Under the pieces are notes generated by a model that was given only the letters and a program-made list of their open reading frames with translations, searched no databases and was not told the origin of the DNA. The position numbers and the translations under genes were made by a program. A stretch of 64,000 bases of DNA, taken from contig NC_087437.1 of NCBI RefSeq assembly GCF_036321535.1, positions 101,992,001 to 102,056,000 on the forward strand, written 5' to 3'. The DNA comes from Camelus dromedarius. Its lineage: Eukaryota. Positions 14,601 to 28,701 of the stretch are shown piece after piece (positions within the stretch are counted from its first letter, which is position 1; the number at the start of each line of letters is the position of its first letter).

Positions 14601-17289
14601 TACTTCTTCTCTATACAGCAATCTGACAGTTGCTGAACAGTTACAGCGACTGTTCAGTACATTGGTTTTTTTGCCTTTTTTTTCTGTTAAACTGCTCTTG
14701 CAAATATATCCAATATCATACCAATAGCAACATAAAAATAGAGATTTTCCTGTCTTTATATAATTGTACTTTTCTGAGAATTTAAAAAATACTATTAGCC
14801 ATTTTTTTTAACTTTCTTTAAAGTGTCTACTTCCTTTCCAGGTATCCTAACCTCCCTTCACTTGATATGTGTAATACATTTTTGATACATTATTCTCTTT
14901 TACACTTTTTTCAAATGCTGTAGTTTTCAAGTTTCCATCATTAGTCAATTGATATCCACAATACCCATCCTACTTCACTTTCCTGATGGTAACTACAACA
15001 TAATTCTTACGAATCAAAAATCAACTTTTGGATCTTTTATCTTTTGTGAATTTTGTATCCATGAAGTTAATTCAAATTCATATGTGTATTTACACTTGTT
15101 TTTGGTGTACATATACAAAATTAAACTTGTTGTCTCCCAGACGTGCCTTACTTTTCCTACTTCTATATCTGTAAATGGCACACATTTCTTAGTTCTTCTC
15201 ACAAGTTCTTTCAAATATTTTACATGCCTCTGACTATATCTATATCTACATCTTACATACTGGAGCAAGTCTCAAATTATCTAGATAGGTAGATGATAGA
15301 TGAAGAGATATATATAAAATGGACATTTGCACTTCTAAAAAAACTATTTTGGGCATATGCAACACTGTGATGTAATTACAGATGAAGCCAATTGTGGTAG
15401 ATATTCACTTTACTAACTTCATTTACACCGTGGCAATGGTTTGTCAAACAGATATACTCAGTCCAGATTTTGAATAAAAACAGAATGATTTCAAGGAGCC
15501 AGGGTCATGCAGATGAATTCTGTGTCCAGAGCCAAGTCTCATTTGCAGAATTGAAGCTGGTAGTTAGTCTAGTGTCAACATTCAATGTCCAGTGTCTGTT
15601 GGGAGTGCTGGCTTTGAGTTCTAAGTAGTGGAAGTTAGGTATTTTGTGGACTGTGAATCCTTTGGACCAAAATAAAAGATTAATTAGTTTCAACTTTTTT
15701 TGGAGTAAAATTTGATTCTATTTATGCAAATTATATACTCTGATGCCTTTGACCTAGAAAATTCACTTATTTGTTTGCATTGTAGATATACATGCTTATT
15801 AGCCTGAAACTAGAATGATTTGTGCTTATGTATTCAGCAGAATTCTGAAAATATCAAAAATTTTGATCAATTGGTAACTGTATTTTCATAATACAGAATA
15901 CAATTATGTTGTTTAAAAGAATGAGATAGACCTATATGTGGACATGGAAAAATTTTATGTATGTGTATTGTATAAATATGTATGGTATGTATATGTATAT
16001 AGATATTTGAACATATGTATTTTTATATGTATTTGTTTATATATGTCTTTATACAGACACATATATTGAAGTGAAAAAACAAGATGTAAACTAGTGTGCA
16101 TATTATGATCCCATTTTGTAAATATATTTTAATAATGTATGGTCTTGTATACACACATACACCTTTATACACTTTTATGAAATAAAGCTTTTCCCAGTCA
16201 TAAAGTCACATTCATAAAATGTGCTAATATATATTGTAATATTGTATTGAACAAATCTATATCTCCAAGTAAAAATATTAAGGAGATAAAAAACATTAAA
16301 ATGGCACTGGATATATTTTAAGCATATTAAATAAATGCTTAAAAAACCATTTACTTCTAAACCAAACCCTATGTTTATAAACTTAATACTTTCAAAATTT
16401 ACCATCAATTCTGAGAGCTCTAAATGTCTTCTGAACAGTTCTATGAATTTGTCACCTATAAGAAAGCATTTTTCTTTTAATTTTAAAGTTATATATCCTG
16501 GCTTGAACTTTTAGTACTTCAGTTATTACATATACACTTGAAGTTTTTCTTATGTGTTTGCAAAATCATGTGAAACAAGCTGTCTTTACAGTTTATTATA
16601 TAGCAAAAGCATTTTGTCTTTTATATCATGTAATTGATGGAGTATAAAAATGAACTAACTCTAACTGAAAGTTAGTCTTTAATTTTTTTCACCTTAGACT
16701 AATGTACTTGGTATAATCTTACTTGTAAGAAAAGCAATAATTTACTTATACTCTTTTTGTAAGATATTTACAGTTCTTAACATCAAACTCATAGAAATGG
16801 ATGATCTGATCCTCTGAAAATTGTATGCTCATTACCTTATGCATGTGTTTCCTATTAGGGATATAAATCATATGAAAACAAACAAGATACATGCAAAAGT
16901 GAGAAACATTTGTTTTAAGGGACAAAAATGAATATTAATATATTGACACTTAAATTGAAAATATGTGAGAAAGTTTTATCATAAATAAAATTATTAACAA
17001 GTTGGAAAATATCACTGTATTTGTAATACTTTTTGAGATCTTTAAAGAGGAGGAGTATGATTTTATTACCAGTATCTAGCACCAGCTGTGGAATTTTATG
17101 GGTAATACAAATTTTATTGAATTCTCATAGTAAGTTAAATATTATAGGGATTTCAAAAAATAGTTTTTGTTTACATTAGGAAAAATCAACAAAGACTTAA
17201 TGTAGACTGTATTATTTGATTTAGATTTTTGACTTGTATAGATCAGACAGAACAGTAACATAGTGGGATCAGCATAAATAATGTAAGGA

Positions 17290-17846
17290 AATGTATAAAT
17301 AACATGTTTTATGACAAATAAGACAAATTTAGTGACTTGAAAGAGCACAAATTTAATCTCCATTTCTGTGCTTTAGGAATCTGGACAGGGCATTAACTCA
17401 GTCCTTTGTTCACAGTCTCAGAAGCTGCAATCAAGGGTTCATCCTGGCTGTGTCCTCATTATGAGGTCCACTAGGGAATAAACCAATTCCAAGCTCGTAG
17501 ACTGTTGACAGGTTTTGTTTTCTTGACTATAGGCCTGGGATCCATGCAGGCTGTCAAATGGAGGCTGACCTCAGCAAATTGCTGCCTTTTGAAGTTCCCT
17601 GCCATATGGCCTTCTCCGCAGGCCATTTACAACGTGGTACTTTGCTTCTTAAATTCCAGCAAGGGAGTGAGAATCTTATACAATGAAATACAATCGCAGG
17701 AGTGACATTCTGTCACCTTTGCTGTATCATATTGGTCAGAAGCAAGTCACAGATCTAGAACGTGCTTTAGAGAAGTGGTCTACACAAAGATTTGAATATC
17801 AGTAGGTGGGAAACATATGGAATGGTCTTATATTCTGTCCACCACA
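17290..17846 (-). mobile_element. MaLR LTR (MLT1D/E/F-like)
   Basis: tttagtgacttgaaagagcacaaattta...gctgcaatcaagg...attggtcagaagcaagtcacag...tctgtccaccaca, a reverse MLT1 pattern. Confidence 0.7.
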
Positions 17847-19346
17847 GAGGAAAACTCAAGTACTGTATTAAGAAAGAGAAAAATTCCATTTAAATATAGC
17901 ACAAAATACCTGAAGAAGATAAATAATATGACTGGAGGTACCTCTAAATTAGTATGCAAAAATCCCTAGATATTTTATTATATTTTTAAGGGAAGCATAA
18001 ATAACAAGAACCATCTGAAGGCTAAGCCCTAATGAAAATATCTTCCTTTACAATGTGGTGCAACTCTGTGCCAGTAATGAAATACTCATTTACATTGACT
18101 AATTCATTATTTATGTTTATAATAAATTAAAAATATGTATTTTCAAACTAGCAATATGAGTGAAGATTGTGATTATTTTTAGGGTTGCTGATCTACTTTG
18201 TACATTTTAAATGAGGAGCTAATCCTACTATTTACATTATAGCATCAATTTCAGTTACTAATTATTGAGTGGCATTATTTGTATAGCATGAGATTGTCAT
18301 TACTGAACTCTTCTGATGAATGTGATTAAGTGCTGATATTTCAACTTTGTATAAAAAAGTCTTATTGTCTCTAGATAATGGCAATGTGGGTAACCTGAAG
18401 TATCTTAAAGCCTCACAGCAGTGAGAAGAGAGATCAAGCACTATTAGGATATACTGGTTCATTTTCACTCTATTCTTTCCTACCTTCCACAAACTCCATT
18501 CAAACATATGCATGTCATATAGAAAAGATTCTTGATATAGACAGGGACAAGGAAATAGGAAAAGAATAATCCCATTACATTAAAATACTCTCTGGCAATA
18601 GTGTTTTATTAAAGTTTATCTGAGGTTGAATATAGAATGCCATGCAGTGAAATAGCGAAATTCTCCTATTTCACAGTCACGCTGTCTCATACAGTATAGT
18701 ATCTTTAACTGATGCTCTTGAGACTGGAAAAGCAATACCGCCTTTTAAAAGTAACTCAGATAATTCAGTTGTGTTTGCAAGTGAATTTTCTGTTGTTTTG
18801 ATCATTTGAAATGGTCCGTTAGAAAAAGAACTTCCAGTTGATGAAAGGAATGTGTGCATTGTCCGTTGGAATACAGTTGTTTTTTTCAGCCAACTCTAGG
18901 CATAAAATGCTGGGAAGTGAAGATGTAAGAACCTCATAGATATAACACATATCACCTTGTAGCATACTGTAAAATTTAGTGAATCACCATGTTTAATATT
19001 ATTTTATGTCCTCCTGCAATAATGTAAACTCTGTGAGTTTGAGAATCTCTCTTTTGTTCTCTGATGTAAACCTGTTTTCTAGAACAGTGGTGGACACATA
19101 CTGTATGTATAACTTTTTCAAAACTTATTAAGTTTTGCAAACTGTACTTTTTCAACAGTTTGTAAAAAGGATGATTTACAAAGTAGACATACATGTTTCT
19201 TAAATATATTTTAGGCTTTTCTATTTGCAGTGATTTAATGTTTAGTTTTATACTGATAATCTAATTTTAAATCTTCCATTTTATCATCTAAACAGAAATT
19301 TACAGGTGTGAAATGAGCCATGTGTGTATTGGTCCATGCTTCATTT

Positions 19347-19347
<1 letters not shown>

Positions 19348-19438
<91 letters not shown>

Positions 19439-19440
19439 AT
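19348..19440. repeat. Compound (TATC)n-(TC)n microsatellite
   Basis: Directly visible. It explains the YLSI-repeat ORF at 19313-19519. Confidence 0.98.
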
Positions 19441-19949
19441 GTATTTATTACTAATTCAAAAAGCTAAAACCATTGTAGTATTACATGAAAATAAGAATTC
19501 TATTACTACAGCAGCCTGAAGTCCATTGTTTTAAAAATATGAGTTTTCAAGATGCATTTTACCTTCAAAATCGGGAGGATCTGTCTTTTATCTCAAGCAG
19601 AACATCATGGAGAAAAGATATTACAGAAAGACAAATGCATTAGATGAATATTTTACTGTTTACTTTGAAGACTTCAACAACAAAAAAGTTTAGAGTTTGG
19701 TTAGAACTTACACAGAAGGGTTATTTAAAACTATAAAATAACAAATTCCTTTATAATTAGACAGACTGAAACATATCAATATATAACTAACTGCTTTAGT
19801 TACAAAAACTAGACAACAAAATTATTATTAGCTATAAACCATATATAAGAAAAATAACTGTCATAATGGTACCTACAAATTTCAAAACTTTAATTTTGAA
19901 TATACCTAAATATGTGTGTGTTCATACACATGCATGTGTATTTTTTCTT

Positions 19950-21325
19950 CCTTTAAAATAGACTCCAATTTTAGAGAAGTTTTAGGTTCACAGAAAATCT
20001 GAGCAGAATGTACAGAGAATTCTCATATACTTTCTGTTTCCCTCTTCACATACACATGCAGCCTCCCCCACTGTCAACATTTTGCACCAGAGTGGTACAT
20101 TTGTTACAATACACGAACCTACACTAACACATCTTCATCACCTAAAGTCAGTAGTTTACATTAGGGTTCACCTTTGGTGTTGTGTATTCTGTGGGTTTTG
20201 ATAAATGAATAATGGCATGTTTCCATTATTACAGTATCATACAGAACAGTTTCACAGCCTTAAATGCTCTGTGCTCTGTCTATTAATCTCTCTCTCCCCC
20301 AACCCCTTGGCAACCACTGATCTTTTTATTGTCTTCATAGTTTTGCCATTTTCAGAATGCCAGAGTTAGACTCACACAATATGTAGACTTTTCAAATTTG
20401 CTTCTTTCACTTAGTAACATACAGTTAAGTTTCTACTGTGTCTTTGTGTGTCTTGATAACTAATTTATTTTTAGCACTGAATAATAATCTGGTGTCTAGA
20501 TGTGCCACAGTTCATTTCTCCAGTCACCATTGAAGAATATCTCCCTTACTTCTAAGTTTTAGCAATTACGAGTAAGGCTGCCACACTCATCTGTGTGTAG
20601 ATTTTTGTGTGTTTCAAGTTTCAACTCCTTTGTGTAAATATTACAGAATGCAGTTGCTGGACTATATAGTTAAAAGCATATTTAGTTTTCAAGACTTCCA
20701 AACTGTCTGACTGTACCACTTTAAATCCTCACCAGCAGTGAATGAGAGTTTTTGTTGCTCCATATCCTTACCAGCTTTTGATGTTGTCAACGTTCTGGAT
20801 TTTGGCTATTTTAATAGGTGTGTAGTGGTATCTCATTGTTTAAAATTTGCATATCTCAGTGACATGATGTGAGATATATTTTCATATGCTTAGTTGTCAT
20901 ATATGTATGGCATATGTATGCATATCATCCCTGATGAACTGTCTGTTCATGTCTTTGCCCAGTTTTTAATAAGGTTGTTTTTTAAAGAATTCTTTGTATA
21001 TTTTGGGTAACAGTCCTTTACTATATATGTCTTTGAATACATTTTCTTGCTGTATGTGATTTGTCTTCTAATTCTCTTTGCATTGTCTTCCCCGGATCAG
21101 AAAATTTTCATTTTAAATGAAGTCCAACTTATCAATTCTTTAATTCATGGACAGTGCTTTTGAGGTTGTAACTAAAAGTCATCATCACGCCCAAAAATTT
21201 TCACGTTTTTTTCCTATGTTATTTTCTAGGAGTGTTGTAGTTTTGTGTTTTACAGTTAGGTCTATCTATAATCTATTTTCAGTTTATTTTTGTGGAGGGT
21301 ATAAAGTCTGTTTAGGTTCTGTTTG
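19950..21325 (-). mobile_element. L1MC1/L1MD-like LINE, 3' about 1.4 kb
   Basis: Characteristic 3'UTR (ttttaggttcacagaaaatctgagcagaatgtacagaga...) continuing into ORF2 3' sequence (ggtgtgtagtggtatctcattg, gaagtccaacttatcaatt). Confidence 0.9.
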
Positions 21326-21698
21326 CTTAAATTGACCATTTCTCTATGGAAAATAAATACATGAATTAACAGATTTTAAGTATACTTTAAGACAATAACT
21401 GCTTAATTAAGGGGAAAAATAAAAGGGTTTTAGTCAAGAAAAGTCCTGGCATGTAGGTTGGCTATAATAGAAAAATAAATGAAACATTTAGTTTAATTCT
21501 TTTGCTACATATTATATTTATTCACGATGATCTACAATATTGAAAATGAGCATTTGGGACAGATGTTTAATAAACTAACACACTGTTAAAATAAAAATGA
21601 TGAGGTTAGTTGATTAAATTCTGATCTTTAAAATGACATTTCTGTAAGTGACTAAATAGAAAGATGGTATCTGTTAAGTGATTGTAAGGCATAGTTAT

Positions 21699-22140
21699 TG
21701 TATTACTTTGTTAGGGCTGCCATATCAAAGTATTGCAAAATGAGTGACTTAAGTAACAGAAATTTATTTTCTCACTATTGTAGAGATAAAAATCTGAGAT
21801 CAAGATGTTGCCAGGGTTAGTTCCTTCTGAAGGCTGTGAGGAAAAATTTGTTCCGTGCCTCTTAGCTTCAGGTGGTTTTCTGACAGTCTTTGATACTCTT
21901 ACTTCTGCTACATCGAGTTGATCTCTGCCTTCATCTTCACATGGCAACTGTGTGAAGGCTGACTTCTCCTTTTTATAAGGACACCATGTATGCTGTATTG
22001 AAGCCCACTGTGCTCCTGTATGACCTCATCTTCACTTAACTAACCATATTTGCAACAGCCTTATTCCCAAATAAGGTCACATTCTGAAGTATAGGACTTC
22101 AACGACTGAATTTTTGAAGGACACAATTCAGCTCCTTATG
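21699..22140 (-). mobile_element. MaLR solo LTR (MLT1B/C-like)
   Basis: Starts tgtattactttgttagggctgccata and has typical MLT1 internal motifs. Flanked by a 5-bp target-site duplication (TSD) gttat (21694-21698) / gtgat (22141-22145). Confidence 0.85.
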
Positions 22141-23264
22141 GTGATAAAGAACTCTTCTCCCAACATAGTTTCAACCTCAACGTGAAAGAAGAAACTAACA
22201 TTTAAATGAAAGTGACATTTTATCACGGATATCAACTGCTAAATGATGGCTCAGTTTTTGCAGAGAAAGAATACAAATCATCAAAACAGTTATCAAGAGT
22301 GGCTGGTGAACTAGAACTTAATAGAGTAAGAGGTTGGAAAAAGAAACTTAATATCTTAAAATTCTACAAAGTTAACATAATGACCATGACATAAGAGATT
22401 ATTGTCACATTTAAATTCAACATTAAGAAATTTAATTTTCCATTTCAATTTAGTAATTTGCAGTTATGTACCTTTTCTTAGTTTTTTTGAACTCACTACT
22501 TGTAAGTCTATCTAAAACCATTTCTGAAAACAAAATTAAACTTTAAAAAAGTTGTTTTTATTTTAAAATAATATTTCAATATATAAAAACATTTTATATG
22601 ACTGTTTTATTGCTTATTTTTTATTTGTATTTGCAATTTCTAGGTGAATTATTTGCTCTATATTCTCTCCATATCAAATATATTCAAACACAAGGCATTT
22701 AGTATTTCCATAAAAATAAAAATGCTGGTGAAAAATGTGTCCATTTTTATAGTCTATTCACTCAGCATTATTGCTCATTCATATTCATTTATATGTTATT
22801 TTCCTGCATTTTCTGCAATGGTTATCATATCTCAAACCGACAGCTTCCCAAATTAATATTGAGTCCAATTCTTTTTTGTGGATGTAGGTGGGATTGATTA
22901 CCATCCCCTTCAATACTGTTTTTTCCGCTGAATTGCTGCACAGAAGCAAAATATTTAATGCCTGTGCATATAGAGCTAAGTACAGAGTACAGAGTAGGCG
23001 CTTAAGAAGATTTTAAGATAAATGAATGTGTTATGGAATGAATTAAGAATTGAGAAATAAGAGAGCAAATGATAAAATGAATATAGGAATCAGTGAATAA
23101 TGTATATAAAGCCACCTGCTAACCAAAAATTATGAATAATGTTTTCCTCATATGGACTTGCCAATTTTTATCAGTTGCAAAGCATTATCGTTTCTACTAC
23201 GGAGGTGATTTTTAATGTGTGTATTGTTTAATTCCTCATTATTTTACTCTTGTAGAAGTTAACA

Positions 23265-23415
23265 GGGGGAGGGTATAGCTCAAGTGGTAGAGCGCATGTT
23301 TAGCATGCATGAAGTCTTGGGTTCAATCCCCAGTACCTCCTCTAAAAATAAAGAAATGAACCTAATTACCTCCCCCACCAAAAAAAAAAAAAAAAAAAAA
23401 AGAAGAAGAAGAAGA
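23265..23415 (+). mobile_element. tRNA-derived SINE (camelid Vic-1-like)
   Basis: tRNA-like head with Pol III A box (tagctcaagtgg) and B box (ggttcaatccc), a short body, a poly(A) tail running into (GAA)n, and a perfect 11-bp TSD agaagttaaca at 23254-23264 and 23416-23426. Confidence 0.92.
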
Positions 23416-25029
23416 AGAAGTTAACATAAAAGATACTATCAGGAAGGCGGGACCATTTCCAAATATGAAAGCTCAGAGATCATTGTGTACTATCCTCAAC
23501 TCAAAATATAAAAAAGAAAATTACACAGGAGTTAGTTTATTTTTTTGAAAGATAAAACAAATTTCTATTTAATTAGTTTTTTGAATCACACCTAAGTAAA
23601 TGTCTGGTTGTTGCCTAAAATCATCTCTTCAGTTTGTTAGGATGACTTCCTTAATATTTTCTGTTTTGTAAACTTTTCTACAAGTAGATATACATTATAA
23701 AATGTGTTGTAATTCAAATTCATTATAGCTTAATAGAGTCATCCTTTCTAAACTACTTCAAAGATGAATCATTAGAGATTAACATATTTCAGTGGTATCT
23801 GATGCAGGTTTTAGTAAAAATTATATGGCCCTTTTATTTTGTCTGATATATATATAACTGTTATTTTTGTGTCATGAATGATTTTTGGTTTATTTCCTGT
23901 TTGTTGTTATTTCTGCCTTACTTGTTCATTTTTCAAATTTTATCTTGATAACTTACCTGAAAAAAAATCACGTTTTATTCCTAACTTGGTAAATGAAATA
24001 CAAAGTTTCTTAGTTTCCCTATGCAAAATAATGTTTACATTTTAACAGATTTCATAGTTTTCATAAGAAACAATAGCCATTTTTCTTTTTTGGTTTATAT
24101 CAACAGTATTACTTATAGTTAACGATTTTATGATGCGTGGGTTACAGTGCTTTCTTACTTCCTTAAATGCTGCCCTTTGTAGTATTTATTTATTTAAGTA
24201 TTTACTACCCTTAAAAGAAATCACCCTCATCTTTGAGAGACAGCTCTATGGGGGGAAGAAAAGGAAACCTCAAGTTTTATCACGTGGCATTTTTTAATGT
24301 TTATTTTTTAATCTGGGAAATCAAGTTCAGTTGGAAAACATCAGTGACTAAAAGAAGAAACAGAAGCAGGAAAACACCAGAATGGTGAATTTTGTTATCT
24401 AATGTTAGAATAATTAAGGTCACATGTAACAATGTTGTTTATGATTTTGAAGATTTTTTTAATGTTTTGAATCAAAATATAAAGCCATTGTCCATTATAT
24501 ACTGTTTGTTTTCTTAAATCATGATGGTGTTACTGATTTCATTTTAATTCTTCTTATAATTCACAGTATGTAAATAATACCCTTAAATGGTCAAAATGAT
24601 ATTATAATATTAAATCATTTAGAGATAATTTTTAAATCACCAAATTTTATATATGAGCTATATTAAATACTAATTTCCATAAACAAAATTACGTTTACTT
24701 GCACAAAGTATGGAATGTCAGTGAATTAGAAAAGTTATTCTTATTATGAAAAATATAATGATGGTTTCAAGAAAAGAAGTATATTAATGGAAGTTCAAAC
24801 ATTTTATTTTTCACAACAGTTTTTGCAATATAATGACCCTAGGGCTCTCTTTCAAGTATGAGTATATTTATAATAGATTATTTGTATGAAAATCATTTTC
24901 CCTATTCTGATGTTTCTTGAACAGTAATTCAATGGCTTGCCTGTGTCAAATATAAAACTCAAAAATATTTATCTAGAGCTTTTCCTACTCATGTTTATTT
25001 TGCCTTAGGTTAGAATTTGTCAGTGTTGT

Positions 25030-25495
25030 TGTGAGTCATAGACAACTAGTTGAACTCCAATAAATGTGTTCCCCTCCTATATGGTAAGAGAACTCTTTTG
25101 CTGTGAATACAACCACCAAAGATTAAAAATATATAGTATTCAGTCTGTCTTCATGAGATCTGACCTGTGACTAAGTTCTTGCAGATGAGAAGTGATGGAA
25201 ACTGTCACAAGAAAACTTCTAAGAACACCCTATGAAAGATAGTTCAAATGAAGACTTTTTCTTTGTTCCTATTGCCTGGAGCTATGGACACCATCTTTAA
25301 TGGGGGATGGATTGTTGAACACAAAGGAACCTCAATCTCTGAAGACTTCTGGACGTAGACACTTTATCACCATTAGGCTTTATCACCATTAAGCTGTCTA
25401 GGTTTTGCCTACTATGAGGGAAAAATAACTCTACCTTGCTGAAGTCACATATTTTGGATATGTGCAACTGAGAAAAACCCTAACATTAGCTGCTA
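25030..25495 (+). mobile_element. Old MaLR LTR (MLT1J/K-like)
   Basis: ctgtgactaagttcttgcagatgagaagtga...gctatggacaccatctt...atgagggaaaaataactctaccttgctgaagtcac. Confidence 0.5.
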
Positions 25496-27666
25496 CACAT
25501 TTGGAGTACACAATCTGTGTTTATAGTTTACTATATTATATCTAACAAATATAGTATTAATCTCTCTTTTTAAATTTATACAAACAAATGTAGCAGTTAG
25601 AAAAGAATAATGCCTCTTAGATGAAGCAATCATTGTGGATACTAGATAGTGAATACTAGGTATTTTTAATAATGTTTCTCCTCTGTAGATAGCCCCAGGG
25701 TACTACATCATTCCTACCTATACTTTAATTAGCCATCTTTTCATTAAGGCATTTTAAATTACTCTTTCTGCATATACTACCTGTTTCTTATCAGATACTT
25801 GTTATAGCACACATGGATAACCTCTAATGCTAGAAGCAAGTAGAACATTATGATATCACTGATACAAATAGCATCGCTGCTGTTGGTATAGAATGGAACA
25901 CAGGCAAAGGCAGGGGTTGAATGATCCAGTAGTTGTGGCAATTATAAACATTCTACATGGTTTAACTTATTTCAACTTTCCAATAGGGAGTGGAAGAGAA
26001 TCAGTATAAAGGTCTTAAATATCAAATTTAGAACACACATGATAAATCAAAAATCTTGTTTAATGCGGCTATTAACCAAACCAAGAGACTTCTTTTCAGG
26101 GCTGCAGAGTTGAAATGCCAATTAAATACACACTTAAAAATAAATACACAGGAGGAAGAGTGGAATATTGAGATATTGTATCAAAACATTTGGGCAGACA
26201 CAGATGAGGGTGATAATTTTGATCTCCAAAATAACTCAGATGTTCCTTGTCTTGGAAATTGGCTTTCTCTTCATAAAATTCTTCCAATGACTTCACCAGA
26301 GAGTTTCTTCATGAGGAGATGCTTATTCTATTCAAAATTCACTGCTACAACTACTCATTCTGCCTTCAGTCTTTAAAAATTGGAACCCATCAAAGTCCAG
26401 ATGGAAAAGTACAAGAAGTGATCTGGGACAAAGTAGACCACACACTAAAAGAATAACATGGCCTTGCCAATTTGTATCAGCAGGAGTTGAGGGAACATAT
26501 ATGGGAGTAGACTTAAGAGATGTTTGACCAAGGAGGACAAAATATGAAAGTAGGTAAATGTATTGATATGGATACACCAAATCAGGATTAGGGATTGGTT
26601 TAAGCACTGGGGAATTGTGTGGATTAAGTTGGTTAATTACATCCTGAACTCCAACATGACCTTTAGTCAGTGAGAAATTCTGAAATATTCCTGGAGTATT
26701 GAAGAAGAATAAATCTAAAGATTCAGGGAGAATAGAAATTTTATACTGGTCAGTTGTGAGTTATTTGGACATATGTGTGTCCTTTCCCCCAGGCACCCTC
26801 ATTTTTATAGTGTGGGTCCATGTACAAACTGACCATGGTGGAAAAGATAGAGGCAATTCATTAGCACTAAAACATGGATTTCTTCTCACCATGAATGATC
26901 TGTTTACTGTCACTAATAAGTGCCTAACCTACTGACATTCAGCCCTAAAGGACAATCTTTCCTCAGGGGTAATAACCCTAACCTGCAGGAAAGTTGACTC
27001 TATTGGACTATTTTATCATGAGAGGGGCAGAGGTTTGCTCTCATGGATTTAAATATATTCGAAATATTAAATTCGCTTCCTGTCTGCAGTGCTTCTGCCA
27101 TTATCACCACTCATGATCTTACAGAATGCCTTATCCTTCAACACGTAATCCCATAGAACATCTCTGCATACCTTAGGGTAAAATAGTGTAACACTGGGAT
27201 CACACATACAGGATTCATTATTTTGAACACATGGTCAGAAAGAGCAGGTTTAATAGAATAATGGAATAATGTACTAAAGACTTAGTAATAGGACCCACGC
27301 CTGATAGGTTAGATGTGATGACATCTACTCCTTAGCCAAACAGCATGGGTCCAAGAATCAGGCGGAAGACAGGGATGTGGGCCTTCTCACTGTTACAACT
27401 AATTATCTACTTCAGATATTTTTTTATTCCAAATCCTGAATCTAATTGCTTGGAGTATTTGGATGCTTTGGTGCTCGATGATCAGATAAATCCCCTAGGA
27501 AAAGTTTCATATCTCCAATGGTTTGGAAACTGAGACTGACTTCTCACCCAGTCTCCAATGTTTTTGAAATTTCATGTCACTAATCCAACAGGCAGAAAAA
27601 GGGGTCATTGGATTTAGTGGCCAAGGTGAATAATTCTCATTACCAAGCATGAGCTGGGATGCTGCC

Positions 27667-28701
27667 TGTTTAAGGAGGTAATAAAAAATATGTGACCTCC
27701 AGTCTGACCAGTAAGCTGGACCAAGTATGTGGAGGCTGTTGGCACCACCATGCACCCCCCATCCCTTCAAATGTGTGCTCTGATTGTCTACCCCAAGCTA
27801 GGAGCTACCCAAAGACACAGCCTTGAGATAGTAAAATGATGCTGAGACCATCTGGACTGTGTACATGATTGAACCCAGTTAAAGCCTCTCTTGCAGCTGC
27901 CCAAGACAAGCTTTGAAAGTTCCCTTGTTGCTTTTTTTTTTTTTTTAATTTACATATAGTCAGTTTACAATGTGTCAATTTCTGGTGTACAGCATAATAG
28001 TTCAGTCATACACATACATACATATATTCGTTTTCATATTCTTTTTCATTATAGGTTACTACAAGATATTGAATATAGTTCTCTGTGCTATACAGTATAA
28101 ACTTACTGTTTATCTATTATATATTTATTAGTTAGTATCTGCAAATCTTGAACTCCCAATTTATCCATCCCCCCTCCTCCCAATTCCAGTAATCATAAGT
28201 TTGTTTTCTCTACCTGTGAGTTGGTTTCTGTTTTATAAATAAGTTCATTTGTCTTTTTATTTTTTTTTTTTAAGATTCCACATCTAAGTGATATCATATG
28301 GTATTTTTCTTTCTCTTTCTGACTTCATTTAGAATATGGCAATCTCCATGTCCATCCATTTGCTGTAAATGGCATTATTTTATTATTTTTTATGGCTGAG
28401 TAATATCTGATGTAGAAATACACTACAACTTCTTTATCCAGTCATCTGTTGATGGACATTTAAGTTGTTTCCGTGTCTTGGCTATTGTAAATAGTGCTAT
28501 TATGAACACTAGGGTGCATGTATCTTTTTGAACTGGATATATGCCCAGGAGTGGGATTGCTGGACAGTGTGAAGATTCCTCCCTTGCTTCTTAAAGCTGC
28601 CACCTACCAATCTGGAGTGGCTGCCTCTTTCTTAAAACTCCACGTACAGGGCAGGTTTCAGATTACACAAGGGAAGCTCCTGAGAAGGTTGTGAACTAAC
28701 A
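27667..28701. mobile_element. Solo LTR (about 400 bp excluding the nested L1) inserted into the ERV-L internal region; family not identified
   Basis: TG...CA termini (tgtttaagg... / ...aactaaca) with 5-bp TSD ctgcc (27662-27666) / ctgct (28702-28706). ERV-L sequence resumes afterwards. Confidence 0.65.
27932..28564 (-). mobile_element. Young L1 3' end nested in the LTR
   Basis: Poly-T, then a 3'UTR similar to 1742-2247, ending in ORF2 sequence (atatgcccaggagtgggattgctgga). Confidence 0.93.

Noticed and set aside
23265..23340. Possible tRNA gene
   Set aside because: It is followed by a SINE body and poly(A) and flanked by an 11-bp TSD, so it is a SINE head.
25362..25391. Short tandem duplications (here ctttatcaccatta twice; others near 1627, 4242, 12511 and 32868)
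   Set aside because: Ordinary slippage duplications with only two units and no spacers, so not an array or a CRISPR-like structure.
26056..26935. Possible domesticated retroviral gag or integrase gene
   Set aside because: Fragments are short and broken by stops and frameshifts, and the second cysteine of the HHCC motif is lost. It is a fossil.
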